From sequence record OZ035742.1: DNA of 64,000 bases, one strand, 5' to 3'. Every line of letters starts with the position of its first letter. Position 1 is the first letter of the stretch. Made by a program: the position numbers and the translations under genes. The stretch comes from Felixounavirus AN17P8. Shown here one piece after another: positions 63,580 to 64,000 of the stretch. The notes below the pieces were generated by a model. It searched no databases. It was given only the letters and a program-made list of their open reading frames with translations, and was not told the origin of the DNA.

Positions 63580-63781
63580 AAAGACACGAAAACTTATCAG
63601 GTCAGCAGTGTTCATTGGACGAAATGAGGTCATCCCATTTACAGCAAATGATGTGATAGCTTACAGGAAGAACTTAGTATTCACTGACTGCTTACGTGGC
63701 TTCATCTCTGAACCATTGGAAGACTTTAAAAGTCGTTGTGGTAAAGGTATCATCATTCAAGAGGCAATTATTCATGGCTGA
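63554..63781 (+). CDS. hypothetical protein
   Basis: 75 aa ORF. Confidence 0.3.
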   Translation: MKVILARDKKTRKLIRSAVFIGRNEVIPFTANDVIAYRKNLVFTDCLRGFISEPLEDFKSRCGKGIIIQEAIIHG

Positions 63782-63974
63782 CTTCTGTAAAGACTGTTCT
63801 ATCGAAATGTTCGGACGTGATACAGGTGACTTAAAAGGTCTTATCACTGAAGAGGACTTTAAATATGGCTATGCAATGCCAGTAATCTGTGAAGGTTGTG
63901 GGTGCATCTGGGTAGACCACGAAGGGCAGCGTGTAAAACCTTCAGAAGATAAAGAATCTTGGGAGAGATGTTAA
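63774..63974 (+). CDS. small zinc-ribbon protein (hypothetical)
   Basis: 66 aa from ATG at 63774 (MADFCKDCS...) with GAGG RBS; CKDC...CEGCGC cysteine pairs; avoids overlap implied by the 63696 start. Confidence 0.3.
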   Translation: MADFCKDCSIEMFGRDTGDLKGLITEEDFKYGYAMPVICEGCGCIWVDHEGQRVKPSEDKESWERC

Positions 63975-64000
63975 ATGGGTATTGTAAAAATCATCAATGG

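Overview
This window reads as a contiguous segment of a virulent-looking, large dsDNA myovirus genome (no integrase, repressor/lysogeny module, rRNA, tRNA or CRISPR array recognised by eye). Layout: (1) 15-23517, plus strand, late structural module: large terminase, portal, S49/ClpP-type prohead protease-scaffold fusion, decoration protein and lambda-E-like major capsid protein, neck proteins, contractile tail (sheath, tube, chaperone pair with a -1 frameshift site, tape measure), Mu/P2-like baseplate, and two tail fibres sharing a His-x-His-rich C-terminal domain. (2) 23556-34490, minus strand, early block: thymidylate synthase, DHFR, small unknowns, ATP-dependent DNA ligase, an HNH-AP2 homing endonuclease and family A DNA polymerase. 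(3) 34718-64000, plus strand, replication and nucleotide metabolism: dNMP kinase, T7 gp4-like primase-helicase, gp2.5-like SSB, FEN-like exonuclease, aerobic NrdAB plus glutaredoxin and anaerobic NrdDG reductases, a PRPP-synthetase-like and a NAMPT-like gene split by a second HNH-AP2 endonuclease, an rIIA/rIIB-like pair, and a lysis cassette (signal-peptide transglycosylase plus overlapping spanins). The two most unusual items are the PRPP-synthetase-like/NAMPT-like pair, consistent with a phage NAD+ reconstitution counter-defence pathway, and three copies of a structured non-coding element with compensatory stem changes that flank a two-gene cassette of unknown function (27040-28847). All calls come from reading the translations and sequence; no database search was run.
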